DNA from: Laetmonice hystrix
Lineage: Eukaryota
Assembly (NCBI GenBank): GCA_965235115.1
Contig: OZ249451.1
Location: 17,174,001 to 17,238,000, forward strand
DNA length: 64,000 nucleotides
Direction: 5' to 3'
The number at the start of each line of letters is the position of its first letter. Position 1 is the first letter of the stretch. A program made the translations under genes and the position numbers. Positions 24,230 through 36,900 of this stretch are shown piece after piece. The notes beneath the pieces are model-generated. The model was given only the letters and a program-made list of their open reading frames with translations, ran no database searches and had not been told where the DNA came from.

Positions 24230-25011
24230 CTTGCCACGGTGTACGCTATCACAGCGACTGAGGGGAGGTGGCGTGATGGAGTATTGTGACGCCGGTCGTC
24301 GGGGGGAGCCGTGCCTCCATCAACCGTCGGCGGGGGAGGGAGGAGGGGAGGGAATGAGGGGGGGGGATTGGTGGGGACAGGCAGGGACACACCGGTCCAA
24401 AATATATTCACTGGATTTTCGACAACTGCCTCGATTGGAACCAAGTGAAGAAATAGAACGAATCTGCCAAAAGTTAAAATACTCTGTACTCTGTAGTGGG
24501 TTCACTCTGTAAATCTAAATGCACGCTTACCTCATACCACACACCTATGAATTCCTATGAACGCCACTTCTTTACTAACCCAATCATGGTTATTTAGTCA
24601 CCCTTTTGCGTTTTTCCCCATTCTTTTTGCTCTTACCTAATCAGACAGGTTTTGCTCATTCATGACCAGTAGCCTAGCATGTTACTATTCAGTGTTGTTT
24701 TCAACGGCAGAGTAATATACTGTGTAAATACCTAAAATATTCAAAATCGATTCAGTGGAGATGCGTGTAACTACATCATGGCATAGTCGCGGGTAGAGAG
24801 CGACACCTAGTGTTAACATAGTTGACAATTCTTTCGGTTACCACTGACCCCTAACGGGAATAAAACGTCATCACCTCTACTGTCTCCAACATTATACCCA
24901 TTCCGTCGGCCTATTCAAAAACTTAAAGGGGCCCCGTCAATTAAAAGCCACAAAATCGACCCTTGTCATAATAAACAATCTAGATTTACCTGCAATCTCA
25001 TATTCACGACC

Positions 25012-25876
25012 TTGCGATTGACAGGTGGTGTTGGTCCAGCGGGAGAGCGGGAGACTCTGTGTGGTGCAGTCCAAGGACGACACATATTTGTTGCGATTGA
25101 CAGGTGGTGTTGGTCCAGCGGGAGAGCGGGAGAGCGGGAGAGCGGGAGACTCTGTGTGGTGCAGTCCAAGGACGACACATATTTGTTGCGATTGACAGGT
25201 GGTGTTGGTCCAGCGGGAGAGCGGGAGAGCGGGAGAGCGGGAGACTCTGTGTGGTGCAGTCCAAGGACGACACATATTTGTTGCGATTGACAGGTGGTGT
25301 TGGTCCAGCGGGAGAGCGGGAGAGCGGGAGAGCGGGAGACTCTGTGTGGTGCAGTCCAAGGACGACACATATTTGTTGCGATTGACAGGTGGTGTTGGTC
25401 CAGCGGGAGAGCGGGAGAGCGGGAGAGCGGGAGACTCTGTGTGGTGCAGTCCAAGGACGACACATATTTGTTGCGATTGACAGGTGGTGTTGGTCCAGCG
25501 GGAGAGCGGGAGAGCGGGAGAGCGGGAGACTCTGTGTGGTGCAGTCCAAGGACGACACATATTTGTTGCGATTGACAGGTGGTGTTGGTCCAGCGGGAGA
25601 GCGGGAGAGCGGGAGAGCGGGAGACTCTGTGTGGTGCAGTCCAAGGACGACACATATTTGTTGCGATTGACAGGTGGTGTTGGTCCAGCGGGAGAGCGGG
25701 AGAGCGGGAGAGCGGGAGAGCGGGAGACTCTGTGTGGTGCAGTCCAAGGACGACACATATTTGTTGCGATTGACAGGTGGTGTTGGTCCAGCGGGAGAGC
25801 GGGAGAGCGGGAGAGCGGGAGAGCGGGAGAGCGGGAGACTCTGTGTGGTGCAGTCCAAGGACGACACATATTTGTG
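25012..25876. repeat. Compound VNTR: 9 units of 79-111 bp, each with an internal (GGGAGAGC)n tract
   Basis: Unit starts at 25012, 25091, 25186, 25281, 25376, 25471, 25566, 25661, 25764; n = 1,3,3,3,3,3,3,4,5. Confidence 0.93.
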
Positions 25877-26844
25877 ACAAAGGCTCAAGTCGGGGAACTG
25901 CCGTGACGTCACCGGTAAGAATATAGAACCCCCCACGGCCGGATCACTCCCACACCACAGCGTTACGAAAAGGGAAGTCCTTCCATCGGACTATTCGGCA
26001 GCCTGCTGACTTGTGCCGTGACGAATATTGTTTTTTTTATGAACAATATATTTATCCAGGAATACCAACTTGGATATTAATGCCGTTACAAATGTACGGT
26101 CCTGCACTACGGGGGCTAACACCTTTCTCGAATATGGAGTCCTCTGTGAGACTGATGTTAAAGCAGTCTGTCCAGTTCCTGGGAAAGTAGTGTTGCAATT
26201 CTTATGATGTCTTGGGCAGTGTTTCTTGATAATCTCAATATTCATTTCTTTACTTGTTTCATACCACCATTCTGTCATGATCTTCGGACTACTGATATGC
26301 TATAGTATTCTTCAGATTTTTTTATTTCGCCCTGCTCGCTCATTATAAATCTATTTGTATAGCCCTACATACTAGCACTGCATATGATTGTACAACGGAT
26401 ATTAAAGTAATAAACATACTACTACTACTACTACTCCTACTACAACAACAACCTCTATGCACATCAATATCAATCAGTTTATGCCTACCATCATGCAATG
26501 GGGGACCGTTAGAAGATGCATTTACAATAAAATCAAGCCGAGCGTAGCGAGGCTGACAATTTTTGTAGGTGCCCCCCCCCCTCCTTTATCAAAATCCTGG
26601 ATCCCCCACTGATCATGTTAGTCGAAGCTGGAGTCGCCCGTTGAGCACTTTATAAAAGACGATGCTTACCCTTCCACAGTCTGGATCCGATATACAATCA
26701 TATCTCTGCAGAATCTACATGCGATATTTCTCAGCCAGTTTAAAAGATGCTTACGCTGCCGACCATTTAACTTTGATAGCGGGGAGATTTTCGCGACGTG
26801 TCCAATGAAGAACGTCACGAGGGTGCTTTGTCAAAGCCGTCCTG

Positions 26845-26969
26845 GGCCCGGTTCACAAACAAAGTCAAGTCAATTTAAATGACTTGAAGTCAATTTTACT
26901 TGAATCTGATTGGTTAAAATGGATTTCAAGTTAATTAAAATTGACTTGACTTTGTTTGTGAACCGGGCC
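26845..26969. mobile_element. MITE, PIF/Harbinger-like
   Basis: TIR GGCCCGGTTCACAAACAAAGTCAAGTCAATTT; 3-bp TSD CTG. Confidence 0.8.
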
Positions 26970-27548
26970 CTGATGGAGCGCACGTAGAAACAAACTTGGA
27001 AGGTTGTGTTGTAGGTTGGTGTTCACAATTGACGACATTTCAGTCACATTTTCTCCCTGATAGTCGTCAGCTGCGGGTCTTAGCGAAGCAGCCTCCTAAA
27101 CGTGCCCCTATTTTGTTGCTCCTTGAATGTATTTTTACTTGTTTCTCCGACACGCGCTGCACAAAATCTTCTGGCTCCCCTCTGTCAAAGTAAGCTGGTC
27201 GACCCCTAATGGCAACTATCCTAAGAACATTCTATTGTAGCATTACAAATGCTATATGGGTACAATTTCAACATATTCCACAATGCGTCGTTACATCGAA
27301 CCTATATTTCGATTCGAACAATACAAAAGGCATCCTCTGAAGCACATGTTCATATAAACCTATTATTTCAACAACAATGAATCTCAGCAAATCCAAACCA
27401 AACATGAACTATAGGTCAGCATCAGACGCTTCATCACTTGGCGAGGACCTCGTGCCAGTAAAGGCATCACTAGTTGGAGGCTTGAGAAAAATGGCATTTA
27501 GTGAATTATATTCCACCCAAATTCTTGTGGAGGGATAGGTGTCCCCTT

Positions 27549-30500
27549 CTAGATTCTCGTTTGGAGTGGTTGTGCCTGGCCCTGCCAAGCAGGCCAAGTA
27601 GGGGTTTCGTTAGACACAGTAGAACCAGAGTTGGACAGGTTATCAGCACGTTGAGATGTTGCGTATCGAGAGATTCCTTTTGGTGGGTTATGTTCTGTCA
27701 TGGCAGGGGATGCGACTGCTGATGTCGCGTGCTTACTACCAACGCCATGCAGAGGTGAAACGCCTGGGGTCTTACTACTAAACCGTCTGCATTGCTTGAT
27801 TATAAAAGCACTGACACGCAGAATCAGCGCTAACACTACTATGATTGCCAAGGCGATTGGAACTGCCCCCAGTAGAATCAGCTCGATAGTATCCCAAATG
27901 TAGAGTACTGTGTTGGCCGGACCTACGGGTACCTCACCGGACTGGAAATATGCTGATTTTAACAGATTCATGATACTAATCAGTAATAGAAGAGACAGAG
28001 AAATCGTTTCAATTCTGTTGCTGAGATTCAGTGCAAAGGGATGGAATCGGATTTGAAGCGTTAAAATAAAGAAACACGCCAACATTATGCCGACGTGACG
28101 ATAGAGTGCTGTCGACACCAAGGTAGCCAAAAGAACCAAGACGAGCCTGCGCAGAGCTATCATGCCCTCCCAACAAAGTCCTCTCCAAAGATCACTACGG
28201 TATGGCTCAGCCACAATTTCAACGAGAGCATCCACCATGCCACCTTCTTTGAACCCATCTTCATTCTCTTCATCTGACTGCTTTAATTTCTTATCCAAAG
28301 GCTTCTGGTCGCGCAAGAATAGATAAATCAGGAAAGGTGTGCTGAACAGCGGCAGAAGAATAGATATGATGAACGTCCTGACCTTGATAATGCGACGTTT
28401 GAGAAGGACAGGCGCCAAAGCTAATACAAGAAAGAAGGGAAAAACATAAATGGCAGCAAATACTAATACACCGTATTGCCAGGCCGTGTAGCAGTTAATG
28501 TTTCCATTTATGAATAGAACAGGTTCTGTCTGTGACGCAAGATTGACACACTTCACCAAACTAAAACTATTCTCTGCAAAGTACTGGTAAGTGTACAGGA
28601 GAAGGTTGACCAAGGCCCCCATAAACTTTGCATCAAAGTTCACTTTTGACCAGATTCGCATTTTAGTCGACGCTGGCCGGTGAGAAACAATACATTTGAT
28701 CAAAAGAAACATCAAAGCCCAGACGAAGAACAAGTACACAGTAAACCCCGACTTAATCCAGGTCTTGTGGACAGCCGTGACTCCAGTAGATAAACATGTG
28801 TTCAGATGGATTCCAAATGTATTGAAGCTGAAAATCCCTTTAATGCCATTCTGAATCCGTTCAAGAGGGCTTGCCCTATCATCCTCATAAATTATTTTCA
28901 GCTGAAGAAGAGCAGCTACTTGGATGTAGTACATGAAGATTTGTAAGTAGCCGCCATCTTTGTCAGACTCCTCTTGTTCCTCCTGTTCTGCCCCCTTGGA
29001 ACACTCTTTCTGTTCCTCACTACGGCATATTATTTTTTTGCAAGATGCCGTATGCTTCTTGAACCAGTCCATGAAATTTTGTAAGATCATTGCTAGTTCA
29101 TCCTGGAGGACGAAGAAACACACGTACCCAATGCCATACAGCGCAACCACCGCCAAGAACCAAGTAGCATACGTACATTCTCTGTCCCTAATACACTTAC
29201 TGGAGAACAAAGATTCAGAGTACCCCTTGTCGCAGTGTCCGCACATGACGCCTATACGGTTAGCGCCACACTCGTTGAAGGTTTTACAAACAGAGTCCTG
29301 ACAACAGTAATCCTCTGGGCATGTGTACATGAAGATTTCCGACTTGATGGCTTCTCCCCAAAAGTTGGCCTTGGCCTTCACGTCGTGTTTACAGTGCGCT
29401 CCATAGGGGCACGCCCTGCACGCAATTCTATTGTCGTTCTCAATGACAATCGCGTCATCACCACTTCCTAAGACAAGAGAAGAACCTTGCAGGCTGTAAT
29501 GGCCAAAGCTACAAGCTTTGCAGTAAACCAGTAACGTTGCGACAGGTTTGGAATCATTCGACTTTACGTATTCGTAGACAGCTTTGGTTTCGTATCCCTC
29601 CGGACAGGAAAGGTTGATATTTCTGGGGGTCATGTAGCTTGTATCGTGGTCGGACCTGTAGGATATAACTGACATTTCGTCTACTGCTGTCAACACCTTG
29701 AAATAGTTGTCCTTCATATCGAGGACACCTTGTGACTCCAATATGTCGCCAATCCTTGGACGAATCCCGTTTGCAACGTCGGTATTTATGAATTTGTTCC
29801 CGTCCATGATAGTCGCTACACCTGCACTAAAATGCAAAGTACCACCGTAGCTTTCAGCAGTGTTGTTGGTGAAGGTGCTATTATAAATGCCAATAATATT
29901 CCTACACATCGAACAAACAGGAATAACTGCTATAGCACCTCCGTTGCCAATAACTCTGGACATTTGAAGCTCTTCATTGTCCAACTGGTTGCTAATACTT
30001 CGTGCAATGTTATTCGTAAAATTGCAGTCAATTGCTCTGATGCCAATTGCGCCGCTAGTTTGATCAACCAGGATTGCCCCGCCGGGACCAAAGGCCTCAT
30101 TATTTGTGAACTCGGAGCCAACTATGAGCAGGTTTGCTTGGTCTGTGTCTTCTATATGTAAGTGTAATGCTCGGCCGTTACTCACAAACTTGGTGGACAA
30201 AATGTCAACGTTGAATACTGTATGCATTATGACGGTTACGGCAGCATGTGAACGGGACTTTAAACCCTTGATGACACAATCCAGTACCTCCAGACTGCTC
30301 TCTCGTAATTTGGTGGTCCGTGCCTCCGTCACTTTCTCAGATGACGCAGCAGTCCCACTGGCCAATGACCGCCGACGTCGAATGGGTTCAGACTGGTCAT
30401 TTTGAGCATCCTCCACATTTTCCTCCACATATATTCCAGAACGAAAGAGTAGCCGAGCTTCATCGTCTTCTGCTGAGGATTCAAAGATGATGTCACGTAG

Positions 30501-30996
30501 ATGAACCCATATTAATTTGGCTTGTATTCCCAATACGGTCGAGACAAAGCGACAGTGTGAGATGACAACCTCAGCGACCACGATGCCTTTATACATGATA
30601 CCATTTTCGTTATATCCTGGTTGATATGTCATAATTCTTGACCTCATTATTTCAGAATTGTCCATTGTAATGATCATCAACTGTGTATTCTCTCTTCTGT
30701 AGAAGTCTTGTTGAATGGTTGCATCTGAGAGGTTCACCGACGATAAAGCGAGTTGTCCTTGTCCAATATACACATTACCGCTAACCGAAATATGCGATAA
30801 ACTGAATTGTACATCATACCCGTTGCCGGTATCAGAAACCACCAAGTCTTTCAAGTATACCTCGATGGGTTTTACCGAAGGCTGCCCGACGATGGCCAAC
30901 TCCCGGTTAACCCAGAAGTTCGTATCCAAGACATAAGGGCCAGTGTCGTTGGCAATCTTCACGACGGCGAATCGCGATGCCCTCGACAGTGCGTAT
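27549..30996 (-). CDS. Receptor exon 10 (3448 nt): beta-helix-like repeats, Cys-rich linker, multi-TM region, cytoplasmic tail
   Basis: Long ORF with repeats FTNNEAFGPGGAI, FTNNIA...GNGGAI, FTNNTAESYGGTL; CP.DYC...C...R.GVMCG.C..GYS; about 9-10 hydrophobic segments. Confidence 0.9.
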
Positions 30997-33900
30997 CTAG
31001 TGCAGGTAAAACTTAACTTAGAAATTAATAATGTTTTTCCTCGAATTTTTAGGATTTAATTTTTTTGGTGAATTTAGCAGATTTTTATTACAATTACCTG
31101 AGAGTCTGACATGGTGAAGAATAGGATCCGCACGATGTGGAGTCGACTCCCTTGTTTCCATTCAGCCATACAGTTCGTTTTGAATGAATACCAATCTCTG
31201 CAAGTGAAAACATTCCCAGTTTACTGTGAGATATTTAGAGGTATACAGTCCTTATAATGTACACAGACTGGCCAACAGTATTGCAACATTCCCTCATTAG
31301 AAACATTCTGTAATACCAGTTCAGCGCATTTAACATTTCAGCAGTGCGGAAAGTGTCGTTAGCCAACAGGACATTTTGTTGCACTATACCAAAAGTACGA
31401 GAATTGACAAATGCAGAATGGAGAGAAATCATTTACCTCACAGAAGAGGACGTTCCCGTTTCAGAAACACCTCAATGACAGATAATTAACATCTCTCTAG
31501 TAGTTTTATCATTTATTATACATTCCCATATGTTAACAGTGGTCACAAGACCATTGCCTACATTTTCCGGGATGTATTGATATTTTGTATACGTTAGGAC
31601 ATGGTTGAGTGTGTTGCACCAGATTTATAGATGGCTTCTAACTGGGCATATTGCAAGACTTGTGGCCAATGCTTATAATACGTATGCAGTTTCGTATATA
31701 GACACGTGATACGTACCTGTTTCACATTCAGCCCCATAGAAGCCGGCCTGGCATGCACGGTAACACGTCCCAACACCATCAAAACATTTAGCTCCATTCA
31801 GGCACGACTTTCCCAAACAATCGTCGGAGATATCTGAAACTCGTGAATTCCGACATCTTCAATGATGGAACATGGTCCTGTTACGAGATAATAATGACAG
31901 CATTTTAAATCCAATATTTACTTAATTAGGGCCTAAACAGACGTCAAACCTAGCGAGGCGTTCCTTTCATCCTGTCCATATGAACATTAGAAGTTTAGTG
32001 TTTACAATCTCCTTATAAACCATCAACACCAATCTGGCTAAAAGGTCCATGCTCAATAGCTGGCCAGGTACCTGTGCAGCAGTTCTTGCCGCCCCAGCCT
32101 TGCAGGCATTGGCAGCTGAAAGTCATGGTTGACGCCATCGAGGTGCAGGTGCCACCATTCTTACAGGGCAGCTCGCTGCAGTAGTCCACTGGAACACCCA
32201 ATAGTCAGGAGTAATTATCAGGTAATAATACATGTTTGAAACTGTCATTCGGATAGCATTTGATGATGGAACAATGGAGAAAAACGTCAGCTGTGCTTCC
32301 GATTTTTAGCCCCCACAACGAGGGGCTTATAATTCGCCCTCGGTCCGCCCGTCGGTACGTCGGTGCGTCCGTCCCCTACGTACGTCCGTATGTCCGTAGA
32401 CAGCGATTTCTCAGAAGTGTATGCGTCGATTTCTTTGAAACTTCACACAATGATCAGGGATGGACAGAGGATGATGCACGTCAAACAGATTTTTGATATC
32501 ATTCAAAATGGCCGCTTGGCGGCCATCTTGGATGTAAACACATTTTGAGCAATAACTCAGCCAAAACAATCACGATTTCTTTCAAACATGGTGCAGGGAC
32601 GAGGCATAATGAGGGCCAATATGCATCACAATGAAATTTCAATTCAGATCGAAAATGGCGACATGGCGGCCATATTGTTTCTTGACCCCAACAATGACAC
32701 TGTTTTGGCTTATATCTTGAAAATGGTGAATGATAACGCCATAGTTAGTATTATTGACAGATAGGAAGTCACATATGAAGTTTCATTTGGCACCATTTTC
32801 CAAAGCTTTCCATTTTATAAAGGTCTAATAAGGTCATGCATATTTCCAATGATTTATATCTCCAAAATTATGTAAGATAAGCACATACATGTATATACTA
32901 TTGAACATGGACAGGAAGTCATATTTGGTATTTTCTGTTACCCCAACTGAAGGTCAAAGGTCATTCAAGGTCACACACCTTTTGAATGACTTGTATCTTG
33001 CATTATCATTTGCAATGGCCTGTATCCCCAAAACATTACAGATAAGCATCAATTACACAATTATCATGGGCGATCTGAGGATGATGCAAGTACAGTTATG
33101 ATATCACTCAAAATGGCGCATTGCAACCATCTTATTAGATGTAAACACATGTCAAGCAATAACATGGACAAAATAATCTCGATTTCTTTCAAACGTCAAG
33201 AGACATGAGGTGTTGTCAAGAGACATGAGGGGCACGATGCATTGCAATGTATTAGTTACTAGGATGCAGACGAAGTACATACGAAGTTTTATTTGACAAT
33301 ATTTCCTTTGCCCTTCAAAGATCAATTGAAGTCGTTTATCGTTTGTTCAAGAATCCATAGTTCTTAATGGGGGCCATACGCTTCACAAGCTTGCTAATTA
33401 TGTATAGCTAGGTAAGAGTAAACAGTCCTACCTTCGACCGACTGAAGGCATAGTTCTAACATTTGCATTGTGCTTGTTTCAACAAATGGAGCTCCTATGT
33501 TAATGGAAATAAATACTCAAGATGATGAAATGCGGATTTTTTTCTATTCAGATTTTACTGGATGGTGCTGAGAACAATATGAGCAGTATTGGACAGGCGA
33601 GCGGTTCCGAGAGGATTTGTTTGCCACGGGATTGTCTACAAGTCAACGCAAAACCGCTCGCAATTTAATACAGTTGGTAAACAGAGGAGGCTCCTTTGTT
33701 TTGCTACGACCCCAAGAAAAATATTTGAAAATCTGAAGTATTTGTCCGCCAACATGGCGCTCACTCTGTCCAAGGCGATTCCCTGCTATTGAACACTTCC
33801 GGGAATTGCCGACGTTTTCCGATTGTCCCCATCTATTTTCGGAAAAGTGGCAAGGGTCTTTTTATATACCCTGTCACACAGACATAGCTTGCCATTCAAA

Positions 33901-36900
33901 AGCCTTTGATAACTTTGATAAGTGGGGAGCACTGAACAGGATCAAGGAGAATAATTGTACTGGAAAGACAACAAATTGTATCATTTAAAGTTATTAAATC
34001 TACAAAAAGCTTTGTTTGTTTTATGTCACTCTGTCCTTACCGGAACAACCGACCTCTGGTCCCTCGTCGTCGCCACCAGGACAGTCTTCCATCCCGTTAC
34101 ACAGCGAAGTCAAGCTGACTGACACCTTCTTGTCGGCACACATGTAATGGTCTGTAAGACACGCGGTGAGCATAACCCTATTAAGAGTAATTATTAATTG
34201 GCCTTTTCACATTAAGGGTTACGGTGTCAACCATTCATGTTTTTGTTAACATTAAAGCGAAGGTTAAACCTGAAAATGTGTCGCATCTGAAAAGGAAATA
34301 TATTATGCAACAAAATCACATTAAGGATCTGAAAATGCAGAAACCTAATGAGTAATGTTTTGGACTTTTTAAACTCGGAACTTTGGAAGCAATGGACGAT
34401 GCAGCATACTAAATAAAAAGCTTACCCGCGAGGGCAGACGCCACCACCTGGCACCATATATTATATCTCAAACAATCTGCCACAGGTCAGAATTTCAATA
34501 TGAAGTTAACCACTCGGGTAAAAACAGAGTAAAAACAGACTGTTTGAAAAAAGGTAGGGACCTAGAATATCACGGCCTAAAGACATACCTTGACCAAAAT
34601 GTCTTTAAACTCAAACTCAGAGAAAAACATTCCTTTCATAAACGGGAGAGACAACAGGATTAAAGTGCTCGAAAATCTACGGATCGAGGGGGCGTCTTCC
34701 ATTTGTCACAGAGCAAGACGCCTCGTTGCTAAAGGCGATTTACCCTCCCTTTGAGAACCGCTGGTGAGCCGACGTCGGTTGAGACAAGACAAAACCAAGC
34801 GACCCGATTATCGTTTCATCATCGCTTCTGTACAAACGCCATCGCTTGTACTATCGCTTATGTGGGCCCTTGAACCTTCTCAATCGCTTATACTCACCAC
34901 ATATACTTCTATCCTCTTCCGAACAGTCAGTGCAGTCACATATACGATTGCAAACACGACATTTTCGTACCGACTGTATCTGATCCGCACAATGGAAGTA
35001 ACCTATGAAAGAAAAATTCAAAAATACAGGGTGTACCAAAAAAAAAGGTAATCCAGAAAGGATCTTCCGTTAATATGAAACATTTCAACGATGCGTCTAT
35101 ACGCGCGGTGCCTCACAAGACGAGAGGATAAAGGCACGATAAAAGACTTTACGTGCGACTTTTTTGGTGATTTTTCTGGTGTCTTTTTACTTCAAACATG
35201 CAGGAGGTTATGAGGAACCCCTGTCTGTATGTCGAGGGCCGCGGGGAGTGAAAGTCCTCACCAGTACACCCAACCTTCTCATCCTCGTCAGAACCATCGC
35301 CACAGTTGTCCTTCCCATTACACAAGTCTACTAACGCCAACTCTATTCCGTTATTACAACAGAAGGCGTCGCCAAAGAAGTCTGAGGATTCCACTGAAAA
35401 GAAAAGACACAAAGCAGGGTACATTAAGGAGGGACACTGAAGTTTATGTTAAATAAACAACAAAACAAAAAAGTGCTGAAAAAGGTGGTTGTTCTTTACT
35501 ATCATGGGCGATGATGACCCTCTGTCCAGACTTGACGCTTTGTGTAACTAGCATTCTAGCAGTCATGAATTTGAAAGTCTATTTTTCCTATATGCACGTA
35601 CACACTACCTCTTGTGAAGTTTGGCCTTCTACAGAGCGACATGGTTTCCATCCCATTGGCGTCGTATTTGGGCAGCTCGAGGCGTAGTGTGATCTCAAAG
35701 CCCTGGTATTCCACGTCAGAGTCTGATGTAAACAACAACGTCACCTTGTCCTCCCTCACAAGGATCCCGTTCAGACCTCCTGGCTTTCCTTCCCCACAGA
35801 ACCTGTAGTTTTGTTCTCAATCATTTCATGTCTATAATTCTAATTATTGAACGTCAACGAGTGGAAGATTCTGTAGTCAGCATAGGCTTAGATCTATCTA
35901 AATCTTCCTATATCAGATCTAGGGGATGTCAGAAGTTTGGGAGCCGCCAGCCAAGGAGCATCGTAATCCTTGTCTCAAGGTCTATAATCCATTTTCTAGC
36001 TCAAAGCCTTAAAGTCTTGATCGATGTGAAGCCAGGAATCCATGTGTCCGCTGTGCGTAGTGCGTAATCAAAACAATGAAAACGCGCACTACGCACAATA
36101 TGGACTCACCCCAACGTGTTTTCATTGATTTTGATGAATACGCATTACGCAGTAAGCAATACGCATCACGCCCACACTACGTACATATGGATTCCTGGCT
36201 TTCCTCTACTATTAGTGTTATTGCTTATGACATGTTTATGTCTCAATGACAATTTTTATTGTACATTTACGTTTGCTTGTGTGTAGGTCTAATGTGTGAC
36301 CCTTCCCCAGAAGAAGAAAAACCCCAAAGAACCATCAAAGATGTGCACCCACCGTGCTAAGAAGTTGTTTTCTCCTACTCGTACTTCTAACGAATCAAGA
36401 CACTGTCCGTCGTCGGTCGCTCTCTCCAATTCGAAATAGCAGAACGAGACCCGAATATTGGCCTTTCCGCCTGGCGGTGAGGTGATAATCCAGGTACAGT
36501 TGGCGTATGGCGGGTATGTGTCAATGTTAGACAGTGGGTACTGAATCATACCTTCATCGTTCTCTAGGCTAAGCTGTATGACACCGCCACAATCTGGTAC
36601 ATCACCTGAAAGAATCAATTATACTGGCTTAAAGCCAGGAATCCATGTGAACGTGGCGTGATGTGTAATGCGTACTGCGTAATGCAAAATCAGTGAAAAC
36701 AAATTGGAGTGATTGCATGTGTGCGTAGTGCTTAATGCGTGTTTTCATTGTTTTGATTACGCACTACTAACACATTGATTCCTGGCTTAATTTCTTCTGA
36801 AAATGTTCTTGGAAAAGTTACGATTACGATATTTCCCACGATGTCTTGCAATTTGTACATAACTGGGGGGAATAAGAGGAAGTTGTCTGTGAGAAGCGTC

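Noticed and set aside
24937-25936. Overlapping 300-aa and 93-aa ORFs on both strands
   Set aside because: Artefacts of the 95-bp compound VNTR.
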